Below, piece after piece: positions 48,153-58,584 of a stretch of 64,000 nucleotides of DNA. Under the pieces are notes generated by a model, which was not told the DNA's origin, made no database searches, and worked only from the letters and a program-made list of their open reading frames with translations. Both the position numbers and the translations under genes were made by a program. Positions within the stretch are counted from its first letter, which is position 1. Each line of letters starts with the position of its first letter. Source of the DNA: Planctomycetota bacterium (GTDB lineage Bacteria; Planctomycetota; GCA-002687715; CAIWVZ01). Location of the stretch: the NCBI GenBank assembly GCA_044222185.1, contig JBGANV010000001.1, positions 2,048,001-2,112,000 of the forward strand, given 5' to 3'.

Positions 48153-50891
48153 ATGGACCCCGACGACGATCGGCCCGTTGACCACACGCGGCGCGCACCT
48201 GCTGCGTGGTGGCTCGCTGCCCTGGCATGCCTCGCATGCGACGTCGCGCTCCTCGCACCGGCACTGTTCACGGATCGAGTCCGCGCCCCCGGTGACATCC
48301 TGGACGCCACGCGCCCGTTCACGCCACGTGAACGGCCCACCTCGACACCGGCGAACCCGCTGCTTGGCGACTGGCCGTCCCAGTTCCTTCCGTGGCAGCG
48401 GCTCGTGCGGCGCTCGTGGCTGTCCGGACGCGTGCCCCTGTGGAACGACCTCTCCGGGAACGGGGCCCCACTGCTCGCGAACGTTCAATGCGAAGCGCTG
48501 TCCCCCTACCTGCCTCTCATGCTCGCAGGCGGCGATCAGTTCGCCGACCTGAAACAGCTGGCCCAGCTCCTCATCGCGCAGCTCGGATGCCTCGTTCTCG
48601 CCCATCACCTCCGGCTGCGCGCGACGGCGGCCTGCCTCGTCGCGCTGGCGTTCTCGTTCTCTTCGTACATGCAGGCGTGGGCCATGCACCCGCACTCCGG
48701 GGCGGCCGCCTTCGCGCCTCTCGTGGCATGGACGCTCCTCCGCCTGCGCGAGTCTCCGTCCCTCTCCCGCGTGCTGTGGGCGGCGGTCCCGATCGCGGCG
48801 TCGATCCTGGCCGGCCACGTGGAAACGGCGTTCACGTTCACGGCCGGTGCGTGCCTCGTCGCCTGGCTCGCCGTTTCACCACCGAGGCACGCGGTGGCGC
48901 GCGCGGTCGCCTTCCCCGTGCTCGCGCTCGGAAGCGGCGCAGTGGCTGGCGCCCTGTGCGCCGGGCTGATCGCGCCATTCTTCGAGTACGTCGCGCTGTC
49001 GCCCGTCGTCCAGCTTCGGACCTTCACGACACCCACGCCGCTCCCTGCATCACAGTTGCTGTCGTTGCTCGACCCGTTCGCGTTTGGAAGCCCGGTCGCA
49101 GGAGCGCGTCCCTACGCTGGCGACGGGAACGTGGCCGAATCCACGATCTTCGTCGGGCGCATCGCCCTCGCGTTCGCGGGCATCGGGTTCGTGAACGGCA
49201 TGCGGTCGCGACGGGCGGCGACGCTCGCCCTCGCGTGTACGATCGCCGTGGGGTTCCTCCTCGCGTGCATGCCGGCGGGACTGGCTCCCCTCCTCACGCA
49301 GCTGCCGCCCCTGGACCGCATGCCGCTCGGCCGGATGACGTCCATGGGAATCCTCCCGATGGCGCTGCTCGCGGGTCTGGGCTGGGATGCCCTCGGCGAT
49401 GCCGCGATGTCGATCCGCGCCCGCCGGGTGGACGCAGTCGTCGGGTTCGCATCCGTGGGCCTCGCGATCGCCATGCTCCGTGTCGCGGCGGCGCCCGCGC
49501 CGGATTCGTTCGTGCTCCGCTCGGCGACACTCGGGTTCGCCGGAGCGGCCCTGACCCTCGGAGCCTCGCGGGTCGTCGTCCCGAATCGGCCGGCATTCGT
49601 CCGCTGTGTGTCGCTCGTGTTCGTGGCAGCGGTCGGCCTCGAATGCGTCTCCACGTGGCGGGATTGGGTGCCGACCGTCGAGCCCGGCGTGCTCGGTCGC
49701 CGACCGTCGATCGTCGAGGCCTGCCCGCCCACGATGCTCGAGACGGGGCGCTGCCTCCCCATGGACACGTTGTTCCACCCGGAGACCGGCATCCTCGCCG
49801 AGGTCCCGAATCTGCGCTCCGGCGACGCACTCGGTTTCCTGCGCCGCTGGCAACTGATGTTCGCGTGGCAGGCGTTCACCCTCGCGTGGGGTTCGCAACC
49901 GACGGCGTCCGCAGACCCGAGGCTGCTCGACATGATCTCGGCGCGTTGGATCGTCGCTGATTGGCCGGTGAGCCAGACGGTGACGGCCGACACCGCCCTC
50001 GTGACTTCCGCGGAACCTCACGACCTCGTGGCGAGCGCTCCGCGTTGCATCGAGTTCCTGCTGCACCGCGGCCCAGGCGCGTCGGTGCGCGATGGAACCA
50101 TCACCATCGAAGCGTCACGGGACGTGGCGGAGCCCGAGCAGCGACTCCTCACCGAGTCCGCCGGCGCGGAGGTCCGCGGTTCGCGCATCACGTTCCCCGT
50201 GCCCGACCGAGCGCTCGCGTCCCTGATCGCCGCGGGGCTCCCGGGCATCCGCCCCGCGTTCGTGCGGATCCCGACCGACGCCGTCCATTCGGTGGCGTCG
50301 GTGCGAGTCCGCGTCGCGAACGGGGCTGCGCCGGTCCAGATCGTGCGGATTTCGCGCGATGGGCTCGGCCCGACGCGCGTTCTGGCCACGCGGGACGGGT
50401 ACGAGCTGGCGGAGCGAGTCACGGCCCTCCCCCGCGCCTACCTGACACCGGCCGTCGTTTCCGCCGCCGACGCGGAGGGCGCCACGCTCGCGACGCGCGC
50501 GCCGGGATTCGATCCCCATCGAGCGACGATCGTCGAGGGAATCGCCCCAGATGACGCGACGCGGCGCCGCCTCGATCGAACCGTTCCGCTCGCCGTCGAG
50601 TCACCGTCGCCGCAGGAGTTGCGAATCGCCGTGGACGCGCCCGGAGATTGCGTGCTGGTCGTCACCGACGCCTACTGCCCTGGCTGGGTCGCCTCGATCG
50701 ACGGCAACGAGACTCCGATCCGCGCCGCCAACGTCGCCGGCCGCGCAATCCTCGTCCCGGCCGGTCGCCACGACGTCCGATTCGAATATCGACCGCGGAC
50801 GTTCACCGTGGGAATGGCGGTCTCCGGATTCACGGCACTCGCGATGGCCGGGTGCCTGCTGCGCGGACGCAGGCGCGCCCGAGCTACTTGA
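48153..50891 (+). CDS. YfhO-family (GT-C-like) membrane protein
   Basis: GRVPLWN..SGNGAPLLAN, LAGHVE, many TM helices, LVVTDAYCPGWVASIDG..IRAAN..RAILVPAGRHDVRFEYRP. Confidence 0.88.
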   Translation: MDPDDDRPVDHTRRAPAAWWLAALACLACDVALLAPALFTDRVRAPGDILDATRPFTPRERPTSTPANPLLGDWPSQFLPWQRLVRRSWLSGRVPLWNDLSGNGAPLLANVQCEALSPYLPLMLAGGDQFADLKQLAQLLIAQLGCLVLAHHLRLRATAACLVALAFSFSSYMQAWAMHPHSGAAAFAPLVAWTLLRLRESPSLSRVLWAAVPIAASILAGHVETAFTFTAGACLVAWLAVSPPRHAVARAVAFPVLALGSGAVAGALCAGLIAPFFEYVALSPVVQLRTFTTPTPLPASQLLSLLDPFAFGSPVAGARPYAGDGNVAESTIFVGRIALAFAGIGFVNGMRSRRAATLALACTIAVGFLLACMPAGLAPLLTQLPPLDRMPLGRMTSMGILPMALLAGLGWDALGDAAMSIRARRVDAVVGFASVGLAIAMLRVAAAPAPDSFVLRSATLGFAGAALTLGASRVVVPNRPAFVRCVSLVFVAAVGLECVSTWRDWVPTVEPGVLGRRPSIVEACPPTMLETGRCLPMDTLFHPETGILAEVPNLRSGDALGFLRRWQLMFAWQAFTLAWGSQPTASADPRLLDMISARWIVADWPVSQTVTADTALVTSAEPHDLVASAPRCIEFLLHRGPGASVRDGTITIEASRDVAEPEQRLLTESAGAEVRGSRITFPVPDRALASLIAAGLPGIRPAFVRIPTDAVHSVASVRVRVANGAAPVQIVRISRDGLGPTRVLATRDGYELAERVTALPRAYLTPAVVSAADAEGATLATRAPGFDPHRATIVEGIAPDDATRRRLDRTVPLAVESPSPQELRIAVDAPGDCVLVVTDAYCPGWVASIDGNETPIRAANVAGRAILVPAGRHDVRFEYRPRTFTVGMAVSGFTALAMAGCLLRGRRRARAT

Positions 50892-52170
50892 GCCCGGACT
50901 TCAGGACCTTCTCCAGCACCTCGCTGAACAGGTCGACCTCGCGCAGCTGCGTGTACACGTTCGGGGAGATCCGCAGACCTTTGAACTGCGTGTGGTTGAT
51001 GCCCACGGTGAAGATGCCGTGCTTTTCCATGAGGTGCGACACGATCGCCGTCGGATCGACGTCATGGATCTCGACGAAGCCCAGGCCGCACGACTGCTGG
51101 GGGTCGTCCGGCGTCAGCACCTTCGCGTTGGAGACGTTCACGATCCGGTCCGCCCAGCGCTTGCGCAGAAAGCGGAGCCGCTCCGCCTTGCGCGCGATGC
51201 CGATCGCGTGGTTGAAGGCGATCGCTTCGCCGATGGCGTAGGGAATGGCGGACGGGTGGGTGCCGATCTCCTCGAACTTGCGGATGTCGTCCTTCTTTTC
51301 GTCCGGCGCGGCCATCAACGGCCACACGGATCCGATCTTCGACTTCCGCACGTAGAGGAACCCCGTGCCGATGGGCGCGCCCAGCCACTTGTGCAGACTC
51401 GTCGCGTAGTAGTCGCAGTCGAGCTCGTCGCGAGTGAACGGAAAGTGGGCGAATGCGTGGGCGCCATCGACGATGACCTCGATCCCCTTCTTGCGCGCCA
51501 TGTCGACGATCTCACGCACGGGATAGATCTGGCCCGTGAGGTTCGTGATGTGACACACCTCGATGACGCGTGTCTTCGGAGTGATCGCCTTCTCGAATGC
51601 CTTCGTGAGGTCGGACCACCGGTCCGGCGGCGCGGGCATCGGCAGCGGGTTGAAGAGGATGCCCTCGCGGGCGCGCCGCTGGCGCCAGCTCTGGGCCATG
51701 CGGGGATAGTTCTGATCGGTCGCCAGGACCTCGTCGCCGGGTTTCAGGTCGAGGCCGAAGATCAGCGCCTCCAACCCTTCGCTCGCGTTGCGAGTGATCG
51801 CCAGCTCTTCCGGGTCGCAGCCGAACATGCGCGCCAGATCCCGCCGCGTGCTCTCGAGCTTCGGATCCATCTGCCGCCACATGTAGTACGACGGGATCAG
51901 ATTCTGGATGTCGATCCCACGCTTCTCCGTGTCGATGACCCCGCGGGGGGCCGGTGCCACGCCACCGTTGTTGAGATTGATGATCTGGGGATCGACGGTG
52001 TACGCCTGCCGGATCGTGCCCCAATAGTCCTCGTCCCCCGCCAGCTCCGCCGGTGACTTGCCCTCCACGCTCCGGTTCTTGGCGAGGACGTCCGCGAGTG
52101 CCTCGGGACGCCGCATGGCGAGGGCCGCACCGGAACCGAGAATCTTCATGACGTCGCGACGGTTCAGCAT
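50884..52170 (-). CDS. Tat-exported class V aminotransferase (isopenicillin N epimerase-like)
   Basis: NRRDVMK Tat motif; LNNGG, RNASEG, VDGAH, SLHKWL (PLP Lys), LRISP; GGGGAG RBS. Confidence 0.92.
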   Translation of the reverse strand: MLNRRDVMKILGSGAALAMRRPEALADVLAKNRSVEGKSPAELAGDEDYWGTIRQAYTVDPQIINLNNGGVAPAPRGVIDTEKRGIDIQNLIPSYYMWRQMDPKLESTRRDLARMFGCDPEELAITRNASEGLEALIFGLDLKPGDEVLATDQNYPRMAQSWRQRRAREGILFNPLPMPAPPDRWSDLTKAFEKAITPKTRVIEVCHITNLTGQIYPVREIVDMARKKGIEVIVDGAHAFAHFPFTRDELDCDYYATSLHKWLGAPIGTGFLYVRKSKIGSVWPLMAAPDEKKDDIRKFEEIGTHPSAIPYAIGEAIAFNHAIGIARKAERLRFLRKRWADRIVNVSNAKVLTPDDPQQSCGLGFVEIHDVDPTAIVSHLMEKHGIFTVGINHTQFKGLRISPNVYTQLREVDLFSEVLEKVLKSGLK

Positions 52171-52293
52171 GGCGGTCTCCCCGTGGTTCGGCCGATCATC
52201 GCCCCGTCGCCCGGCGTTGGCAACGACGAAGTAGCCTCGGGGATTTCGTGAGTTAGCCTTGCCGCGCGAACCAGGACTCGAAAGGAGCCCCAA

Positions 52294-53493
52294 GTGTCAC
52301 GATCCGTCCTTCTCGCTCTCGCCTTCGTCGTCTGCGTGCCGGCCCAGACCGACACGAAACCCGTCACCGGCGGAGACCCGGTCATGCCGGCCGACACCGA
52401 AATCAAGACGACTCCGTCCGGACTCAAGTACTCCGTGCTGAAGGCAGGCAAGGCCGACGGCCGTACGCCTGGGCCGGGCGACAAGGTCCGCGTCCACTAC
52501 AGCGGCTGGCTGACGGACGGCAAGCTCTTCGACTCGTCGGTGAAGCGCGGGCAGCCGTTCGACTTCAGCGTCGGGTCCGGCGTCATCCAGGGATGGAGCG
52601 AAGCCGCCCAGCTCATGACCGAAGGGCAACGCATCAAGGTCACGATCCCGCCGAACCTCGGCTACGGCGAGCGCGGGTCGCCGCCGGTCATTCCGGCGAA
52701 CGCGACGCTCGTGTTCGAGATCGAGTTGCTCGACATCCTGGCGATCGCGCCCAAGCTCCCGGAGTCGCACGCCGACAAGCAGAAGACGACGGCCTCCGGT
52801 CTGAAGTACGAGGTGATCCAGGAAGGAAGCGGCGACTCGCCCAAGGAAGAGGACACCTGGGAGCTGAAGTACGCCTTCTGGAACGGCACGGGCAAACTGA
52901 TCGACTCGTCGGAGGCGAACGGTCGTCCGTTCAAGGGATCCGCGAAGACGATGCGCTTCAAGTTCCTGCAGGAGGCGCCGGCACTGATGAAGGTGGGCTC
53001 GAAGGTCCGCTTCGACGTCCCGCCCGAGCTTCTGTTCGGCGCGCAGGCGCGCGGCCCGGACCTCCCCGCCAACTCGGCGACGGTGTGGTTGCTCGAGCTC
53101 GTCCAGATCGTGAAGCCGCTGCCCATTCCCGAGTTCGCCAAGAGCGATCCGGCGAAGCTCCAGAAGACCGCGAGCGGCCTCCAGTACGAGGTGATCAAGG
53201 AAGGCACGGGCAAGACGCCCACGATGGGTCAGAAGGTGACGGTCCACTACGCCGGCTGGCTCATGGACGGCAAGCTCTTCGACTCGTCCTTCGGCCGCGG
53301 TGAGCCCATGTCCTTCACCCTCGGCGCCGTCATCAAGGGCTGGAACGAAGGCCTGCAGATGATGAAGGAAGGTTCGATCTACAAGCTCACGATCCCGCCC
53401 GAGCTGGCGTACGGATCGCAGGGCGCGCCGCCGACCATCCCGGCCGAGGCGACGCTCCTCTTCTACGTCGAGCTGATCAAAGTCGGCGAGTGA
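52294..53493 (+). CDS. Secreted FKBP-type PPIase with three FKBP domains
   Basis: Three SGL(K/Q)Y-led domains; VHYSGWL..FDSS, VIQGW, IPP.LGYG; middle domain divergent; AAAGGAG RBS. Confidence 0.93.
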   Translation: MSRSVLLALAFVVCVPAQTDTKPVTGGDPVMPADTEIKTTPSGLKYSVLKAGKADGRTPGPGDKVRVHYSGWLTDGKLFDSSVKRGQPFDFSVGSGVIQGWSEAAQLMTEGQRIKVTIPPNLGYGERGSPPVIPANATLVFEIELLDILAIAPKLPESHADKQKTTASGLKYEVIQEGSGDSPKEEDTWELKYAFWNGTGKLIDSSEANGRPFKGSAKTMRFKFLQEAPALMKVGSKVRFDVPPELLFGAQARGPDLPANSATVWLLELVQIVKPLPIPEFAKSDPAKLQKTASGLQYEVIKEGTGKTPTMGQKVTVHYAGWLMDGKLFDSSFGRGEPMSFTLGAVIKGWNEGLQMMKEGSIYKLTIPPELAYGSQGAPPTIPAEATLLFYVELIKVGE

Positions 53494-53596
53494 TCGAACG
53501 GCTGCACTCCCGCAGCCCACGTTGCGGCGCGTCACTGCGCCGCCAAGCAACTCCACGAGCGGCAGCCGTCCCCACGGCGGGCCGCTCGCTTCGTCG

Positions 53597-53911
53597 ATGG
53601 GGCGCGGTTCAGCGGGATTCTCGGCGCCGCTCTCCGTGTTCGAACCGAACGGCGCGCCCTGGGCGAAGGTCGCACCGAATGGCCCCGGCAACATTCCCGT
53701 GCCGCCGTTCGGTCACATCCTGATCGATCCGTCCTCGTCCATCGTGCTTGCACCCGGCACGATCACACCACCGTCGGGCACCACCGTCACCGTCAACGTC
53801 CCGCCGAACCCCGCGCTCGCGGGGTTCTCGGTCTGGTGGCAGGCCCTCATCGTCGAACCGGCCGGACCCCGGCTCACGGGCGCCGTCGTGACGACCGTGC
53901 TCTGGATTTGA
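53597..53911 (+). CDS. Orphan copy of the candidate C-terminal domain, no signal peptide (possible remnant)
   Basis: VNVPPNPALAGFSVWWQALIV...RLTGAVVTTV; start unclear. Confidence 0.45.
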   Translation: MGRGSAGFSAPLSVFEPNGAPWAKVAPNGPGNIPVPPFGHILIDPSSSIVLAPGTITPPSGTTVTVNVPPNPALAGFSVWWQALIVEPAGPRLTGAVVTTVLWI

Positions 53912-54054
53912 AACCCGCGCCTTTGCGTCGACGCGTCGGCGCATGCTGACCAGGAACGCGCCACGACGCCGCGTGTCGCGGTCCCCGACCGCGCGCGCAG
54001 GCCGCGTAAAACGCCGGTCGCGCGGCGCTCATGGTGGATCGAAAGGTCACAACC

Positions 54055-56982
54055 ATGCACCACAGGCTCCTGCTCGTCGTCGCCTCGCTCGCCTTCCCGG
54101 CGGCGAGCCAGATGACTCTCGTTTCCATCTCCCCGCCCTCCGCGATCGTCGGAGGTCCCGGCTTCACGCTCTCGCTCACCGGAAGCGGATTCGCGTCGAC
54201 GAACGTCGTGCTGTGGGACGGTGGCACGCTCGCCACGACGTTCTCCAACTCGACGCACCTGACGGCCGCGGTCCCGGCGGCGTTGATCGCGACGGCCGGC
54301 ACCGCCACCGTCCGCGTCAGGCAACTCCTTCCGACGCCCACCTTCTCCAACTCCCTCGTCTTCTCCATCAACAACCCCGCGCCGGTCCTCGCGACCGTGA
54401 CGCCATCGACGTTGCAGGTCGGCGCCGCATCGACGACGCTGACGATCACGGGGTCGGCCTTCAGCCCCGCGACCGTCGCGCGCATCGGATCCACGGACCT
54501 GTCGACGACCTTCGTCAGCTCGACGGTGATCCAGGCCGTGGTCCCGGGCAGCCTCACGAGCGTCACGGGGAACGTCCAGTTCTCGATCTTCAATCCAGCT
54601 CCGGGCGGTGGCACCTCGTCGGTCGTGAGCTTGAGCGTGCAGAATCCGCTGCCGGTCCTCTCATCCATCAGTCCGAATCAGGTCGGCGTCGGGAACGTCG
54701 CGGTCACGATCGTCGCGTCCGGCAGCGGGTTCGTCCCGGGATCCACCGTTCGACTGGGCGCCGGTGCCTTGTCGACGACGTTCGTCAGCTCCACGCAGCT
54801 CTCGGCCATCCTGCCCGCGTCGGCCCTCGGGAACGCAGGAACGAGCCAGATCTCCGTCACGTCGCCGACGCCCGGTGGCGGCACGAGCCTGGGGCAGCCG
54901 TTCACGGTGACGAATCCGGCTCCGACGCTCTCGAGCGCGACGCCCACGGTCGTGCCCGCCGGCACGGCCACGACGCTCACGCTCGTCGGGACGGGATTCA
55001 ACGCACAGACCGCGGTGCAGGCCGACGGCGGCGTGTTGCAGACGTTCCTCGTGAGCTCCACGCAGCTCACGGCGATATTCGTCCCGTCGATCGCGGGAGT
55101 CGGCAACCTCGTGGCGATCACGGTCGTGAATCCGTCCCCGGGCGGCGGCACGACCGCGGCTCAGACGCTGGCGATCGGCAACCCGATCCCATTGCTGTCG
55201 ATCGTGACACCGCCCACCGTCACGGCGACGACGACCGGCTTTGGGATCGCCGTGATCGGTTCGAGATTCGTGCCGACGAGCACCGTCCAGTGGGACTCCA
55301 CCACACTCTCGACGACGTTCGTCAATTCGCAGCAGCTGCTGGCGACGGTCCCACCCGGCTTCGCGACGATCGCCGCCGCGCACACCATCGCGGTCTTCAG
55401 CCCGGCGCCGGCCGGCGGCGTCTCGTCGACGAGGACGCTGACCGTCGAGAATCCGGTTCCGACGCTCACGTCGATCGAACCTGCGGCCGTTGCGGTCGGG
55501 ACTCCGGCCCTCACCATGTCCATCGTCGGCGCGGACTTCGTTCCGTCGAGCTCTGCGTTGGTGGACGGCGTCCCGGTCACCACCACGTTCATCGACTCGT
55601 CGTCCCTGATCGCGACCGTTCCCGCGTCGGCGCTTCTCGATCCAGCGGTGCGCCTCATCGCCGTCTCGAATCCAACGCCCGGCGGCGGCGTCACGGCCGC
55701 GCTCAGTCTCACCGCGGTGAACGCGATCCCGAGCATCACCTCCGTGAGTGCGGTGCAACCACCCCTCGTGGTCGACGGCCCGGAGACGCTTTCCATCGCC
55801 GGCTCGGGGTTCCACGACTTCTCCGTGGCGAAGCTCGATGGCGCCGCGTTGGCCACGACATTCGCCGGATCGTTGACGGGCCCTGCGACCTTGACGGCAA
55901 CCGTTCCGGCCAACTTCCTCGGTGTGGGTGGGCCGCACCAGCTCACGGTGTTCAACTCCGGTAACGGCGAAGGAGAGTCGGCGCCCGTCACGATCGTCTT
56001 CGAGAACCCCCACCCCGTGATCGCATCCCTGTCCCAGGCGTCGATCCCGGGAGGCAGCACCGACACGACCGTCGTCGTGAACGGCTCGGGGTTCGTCACA
56101 TCGACGGTCGCGACGCTTTCGGGATCGCCGGTGGCGTCGCTCTACTTCGGCCCGGGGACCATACACGTCGTCGTCCCCGCGGCGTTGGAGCGGGCGTCAC
56201 GGCAGTTCTCGCTGGGACTGACCAACTCGGGGCCCGGCGGAGGCAGCACATCGACCCCGCTCCTCGTCACGGGTCCCGTCGTCGCGTCCGTGGTTCCCGC
56301 AGCGGTCCCCGTTCTCGCGCCCGGCTCGACGCCGGTCTCCCTGACCGTGACCGGCGGGCCGTTCCAGCCCTCGGACACGATCCACCTGAACGGCGCAGCG
56401 TTCGCGACGAACCACCTGACGGCACCCACGCTGACGTGCACGCTCGATCCGAACGTGCTCGTGGTGCAATCGCCCGGCGGATTCGCGCTCACGGTCGTCC
56501 GTTCCGGCACCGCGGGGCTCGTCGCGTCGAATGCGGTTGGCGTCGCCGTCGGTTCGCCCGACAACGCCGGGACCGTCACGCTCGCGCCGCGGGCGCCTCC
56601 GCCCGGACAGGGGTTCAACGTTCGCGCCGAGTTCCCCGTCGGCTCCGTGCCGTTCACGCTTCTCGCGGAGATTCCGGCGCCGACGGCGCTCCTGCTCTCG
56701 ATCACTCCGTCGTTCGAGCTGGCGCTCGGGCCGGGCCTCGCGTCGCCCATCGTGCTCGTGGACGGGCTCGGTCTCTTCGGCCCCGCGTCGGGTGCGGTCA
56801 CCGCACCCGACGACCTGTCGGTCCTCGGCGGACCCGCCGCCCGCAGCCTCTTCGAGATCCCGGGACTCGTTGCGCCGTCGCCACCGCTCGGCACCACGTT
56901 CTCGCTCGCGGCGATCTTCGCGGACCCCTCGTCGCCGATCGGGCTGAACGTCACCCACATCGGTGGACCGCACGGAATGTGA
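54055..56982 (+). CDS. Secreted protein with ~9 IPT/TIG Ig-like repeats plus C-terminal domain
   Basis: ~90-aa repeats NP.P.LSSI.P...G.GF...L.TTFVSSTQL.A.VP...NP.PGGG.S; signal peptide; GAAAGG RBS. Confidence 0.88.
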   Translation: MHHRLLLVVASLAFPAASQMTLVSISPPSAIVGGPGFTLSLTGSGFASTNVVLWDGGTLATTFSNSTHLTAAVPAALIATAGTATVRVRQLLPTPTFSNSLVFSINNPAPVLATVTPSTLQVGAASTTLTITGSAFSPATVARIGSTDLSTTFVSSTVIQAVVPGSLTSVTGNVQFSIFNPAPGGGTSSVVSLSVQNPLPVLSSISPNQVGVGNVAVTIVASGSGFVPGSTVRLGAGALSTTFVSSTQLSAILPASALGNAGTSQISVTSPTPGGGTSLGQPFTVTNPAPTLSSATPTVVPAGTATTLTLVGTGFNAQTAVQADGGVLQTFLVSSTQLTAIFVPSIAGVGNLVAITVVNPSPGGGTTAAQTLAIGNPIPLLSIVTPPTVTATTTGFGIAVIGSRFVPTSTVQWDSTTLSTTFVNSQQLLATVPPGFATIAAAHTIAVFSPAPAGGVSSTRTLTVENPVPTLTSIEPAAVAVGTPALTMSIVGADFVPSSSALVDGVPVTTTFIDSSSLIATVPASALLDPAVRLIAVSNPTPGGGVTAALSLTAVNAIPSITSVSAVQPPLVVDGPETLSIAGSGFHDFSVAKLDGAALATTFAGSLTGPATLTATVPANFLGVGGPHQLTVFNSGNGEGESAPVTIVFENPHPVIASLSQASIPGGSTDTTVVVNGSGFVTSTVATLSGSPVASLYFGPGTIHVVVPAALERASRQFSLGLTNSGPGGGSTSTPLLVTGPVVASVVPAAVPVLAPGSTPVSLTVTGGPFQPSDTIHLNGAAFATNHLTAPTLTCTLDPNVLVVQSPGGFALTVVRSGTAGLVASNAVGVAVGSPDNAGTVTLAPRAPPPGQGFNVRAEFPVGSVPFTLLAEIPAPTALLLSITPSFELALGPGLASPIVLVDGLGLFGPASGAVTAPDDLSVLGGPAARSLFEIPGLVAPSPPLGTTFSLAAIFADPSSPIGLNVTHIGGPHGM

Positions 56983-57195
56983 CGTCGGAGTCGAGGCCGC
57001 GGTGGCCGAGTGACCGCCGCGGTCGCTCGGCTCCGGCACTCCCGCGCACGACGTGCTACCGCCGTCGGCTCGGTGTTCCTGCGACTCATGTCCGCCTTCG
57101 CCTCGACGACGCGCCTGGGCCGAATCAGAAGCCGGACCGCTCGGCCTCGCACCCCGGCTAAGATCGCGACCGTCTCGATCGCAGGGAGGTGCCCC

Positions 57196-57882
57196 GTGAA
57201 AGTCGCCATCATGATCGCCGTCGTCGCGCTCGGCCTCGCGGGCTGCGGAGCCCCCGACTCCCGCCCCACGGCTGGCGCCTCGCCCGATGCGGCCGCATTC
57301 GCCCAGCTCCCCATCGAACTGACGGTGAACCAGCGGACGACGACGCCCCTTCCCGGATCCGTGGGCCCGATCAGGCTCACGATCGACGACGTCACGCGCG
57401 GTCAGGTGATGACGAGCCTGGCGGCGCACGAGGGGACGACGCTGCTCGCTCCGACGTCATTGCGCGAGGGCGATACCGCCCCGTTCCAGGCCGGATCGCG
57501 TACGTATTCACTGCGCCTGAAGACGCTCACCAACAACCTGATCGGAAACGACTCGGCCACGTTCGTCGTCGAGCCCGATGGCGCCGTGAGGCCCGCGAGC
57601 GCGACGATCGAGACGCTGATCACCGCCGTCGCGAACATGGACGGAGCGGTGTTCATCCGGAATGGAGCCGAGTACTCGGCCGGGGACGCCGCAGATCACC
57701 TCCGTGCCAAATGGCAGGCTGCTGGCGAGGCCGTGACCACCGTCGACGAGTTCCTGCGGCAGGTCGCCGGTGGTTCCTGGTTGACGGGAAAGCCGTATCG
57801 CGTGCGCTTCGCAGACGGTTCGACGCGCCTGCTCGTCGACGTTCTGCGTGAGCGCCGCGCGGAGATCGAACGCCACGACTGA
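57196..57882 (+). CDS. Lipoprotein with C-terminal DUF5329 (YfeK-like) domain
   Basis: Lipobox LAGC; FIRNGAEYSAGDAADHLRAK...EFL..VA..S..TGKPY.V; GGAGGT RBS. Confidence 0.8.
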   Translation: MKVAIMIAVVALGLAGCGAPDSRPTAGASPDAAAFAQLPIELTVNQRTTTPLPGSVGPIRLTIDDVTRGQVMTSLAAHEGTTLLAPTSLREGDTAPFQAGSRTYSLRLKTLTNNLIGNDSATFVVEPDGAVRPASATIETLITAVANMDGAVFIRNGAEYSAGDAADHLRAKWQAAGEAVTTVDEFLRQVAGGSWLTGKPYRVRFADGSTRLLVDVLRERRAEIERHD

Positions 57883-57942
57883 ATCGTCGCCATCGCCGAC
57901 GGAACCGGCGTGCGATCGTCACCTCTGTCGGGACCCCGCGCT

Positions 57943-58413
57943 CTAGAAGAACGACGCCGCCAGGCCGTTCGACATCTGGAAGCTGCTGCAGAGGCAGAAC
58001 GTGTCGAAGTGCCGTGCCGCGCCCTGAACGTAGACCACGATGCCGGCCAACGGTGGGCCGGACGGGAGTTGGAGCATCAACGTGTCACCCGACGACGACG
58101 GCCACTCGAGCACCGCGATGTCGGGATTGACGAGCAAGGAGCACCCCGTCCCGATCGTCGGGAGCGGAACGTTCGCAGGTGAGGTCCCCAGGGCGAACAC
58201 ACGCCCCACGAGATAGACGTTGCAGCAGACGGGCGACGCCTGAACGCGCAGACTGACGGCGCAGGCGTTGGGGTCATACGACCCCGAAAGGATTGGCACG
58301 ACTCCGAACGGGGCGCATCCCGCGCCATAGGACGAGAACGAGACGCCCGAGAGGTTGTTGCACTGCCCGAGTGCTGCTGCGCACACGATGACGGCGAGGA
58401 TTGCTGACTTCAT
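57943..58413 (-). CDS. Small Cys-rich secreted protein consisting of the candidate C-terminal domain only
   Basis: MKSAILAVIVCAAALG-Q; YGAGC ... GCSLLV ... PPLAGIVVYVQG ... MSNGLAASFF. Confidence 0.75.
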   Translation of the reverse strand: MKSAILAVIVCAAALGQCNNLSGVSFSSYGAGCAPFGVVPILSGSYDPNACAVSLRVQASPVCCNVYLVGRVFALGTSPANVPLPTIGTGCSLLVNPDIAVLEWPSSSGDTLMLQLPSGPPLAGIVVYVQGAARHFDTFCLCSSFQMSNGLAASFF

Positions 58414-58584
58414 GGGCGCCGATCGTACTGCGCAGGTTCCGGCTGATGAAAGCTGCGCCCTTCGGCCGGCGACGGGGATCACGCGACGACGCACAGGTCG
58501 TTCATCCACGATCCGCGTTCGACAGTCCGCACTGGCGCAAACCCCGTGAGTGGTCTATGTTCCGGCACCGACCGGAGGTCGCAA

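Noticed and set aside
50884-50891. 8-bp overlap of convergent yfhO-like and aminotransferase 3' ends
   Set aside because: Short convergent overlaps are common in compact high-GC genomes.
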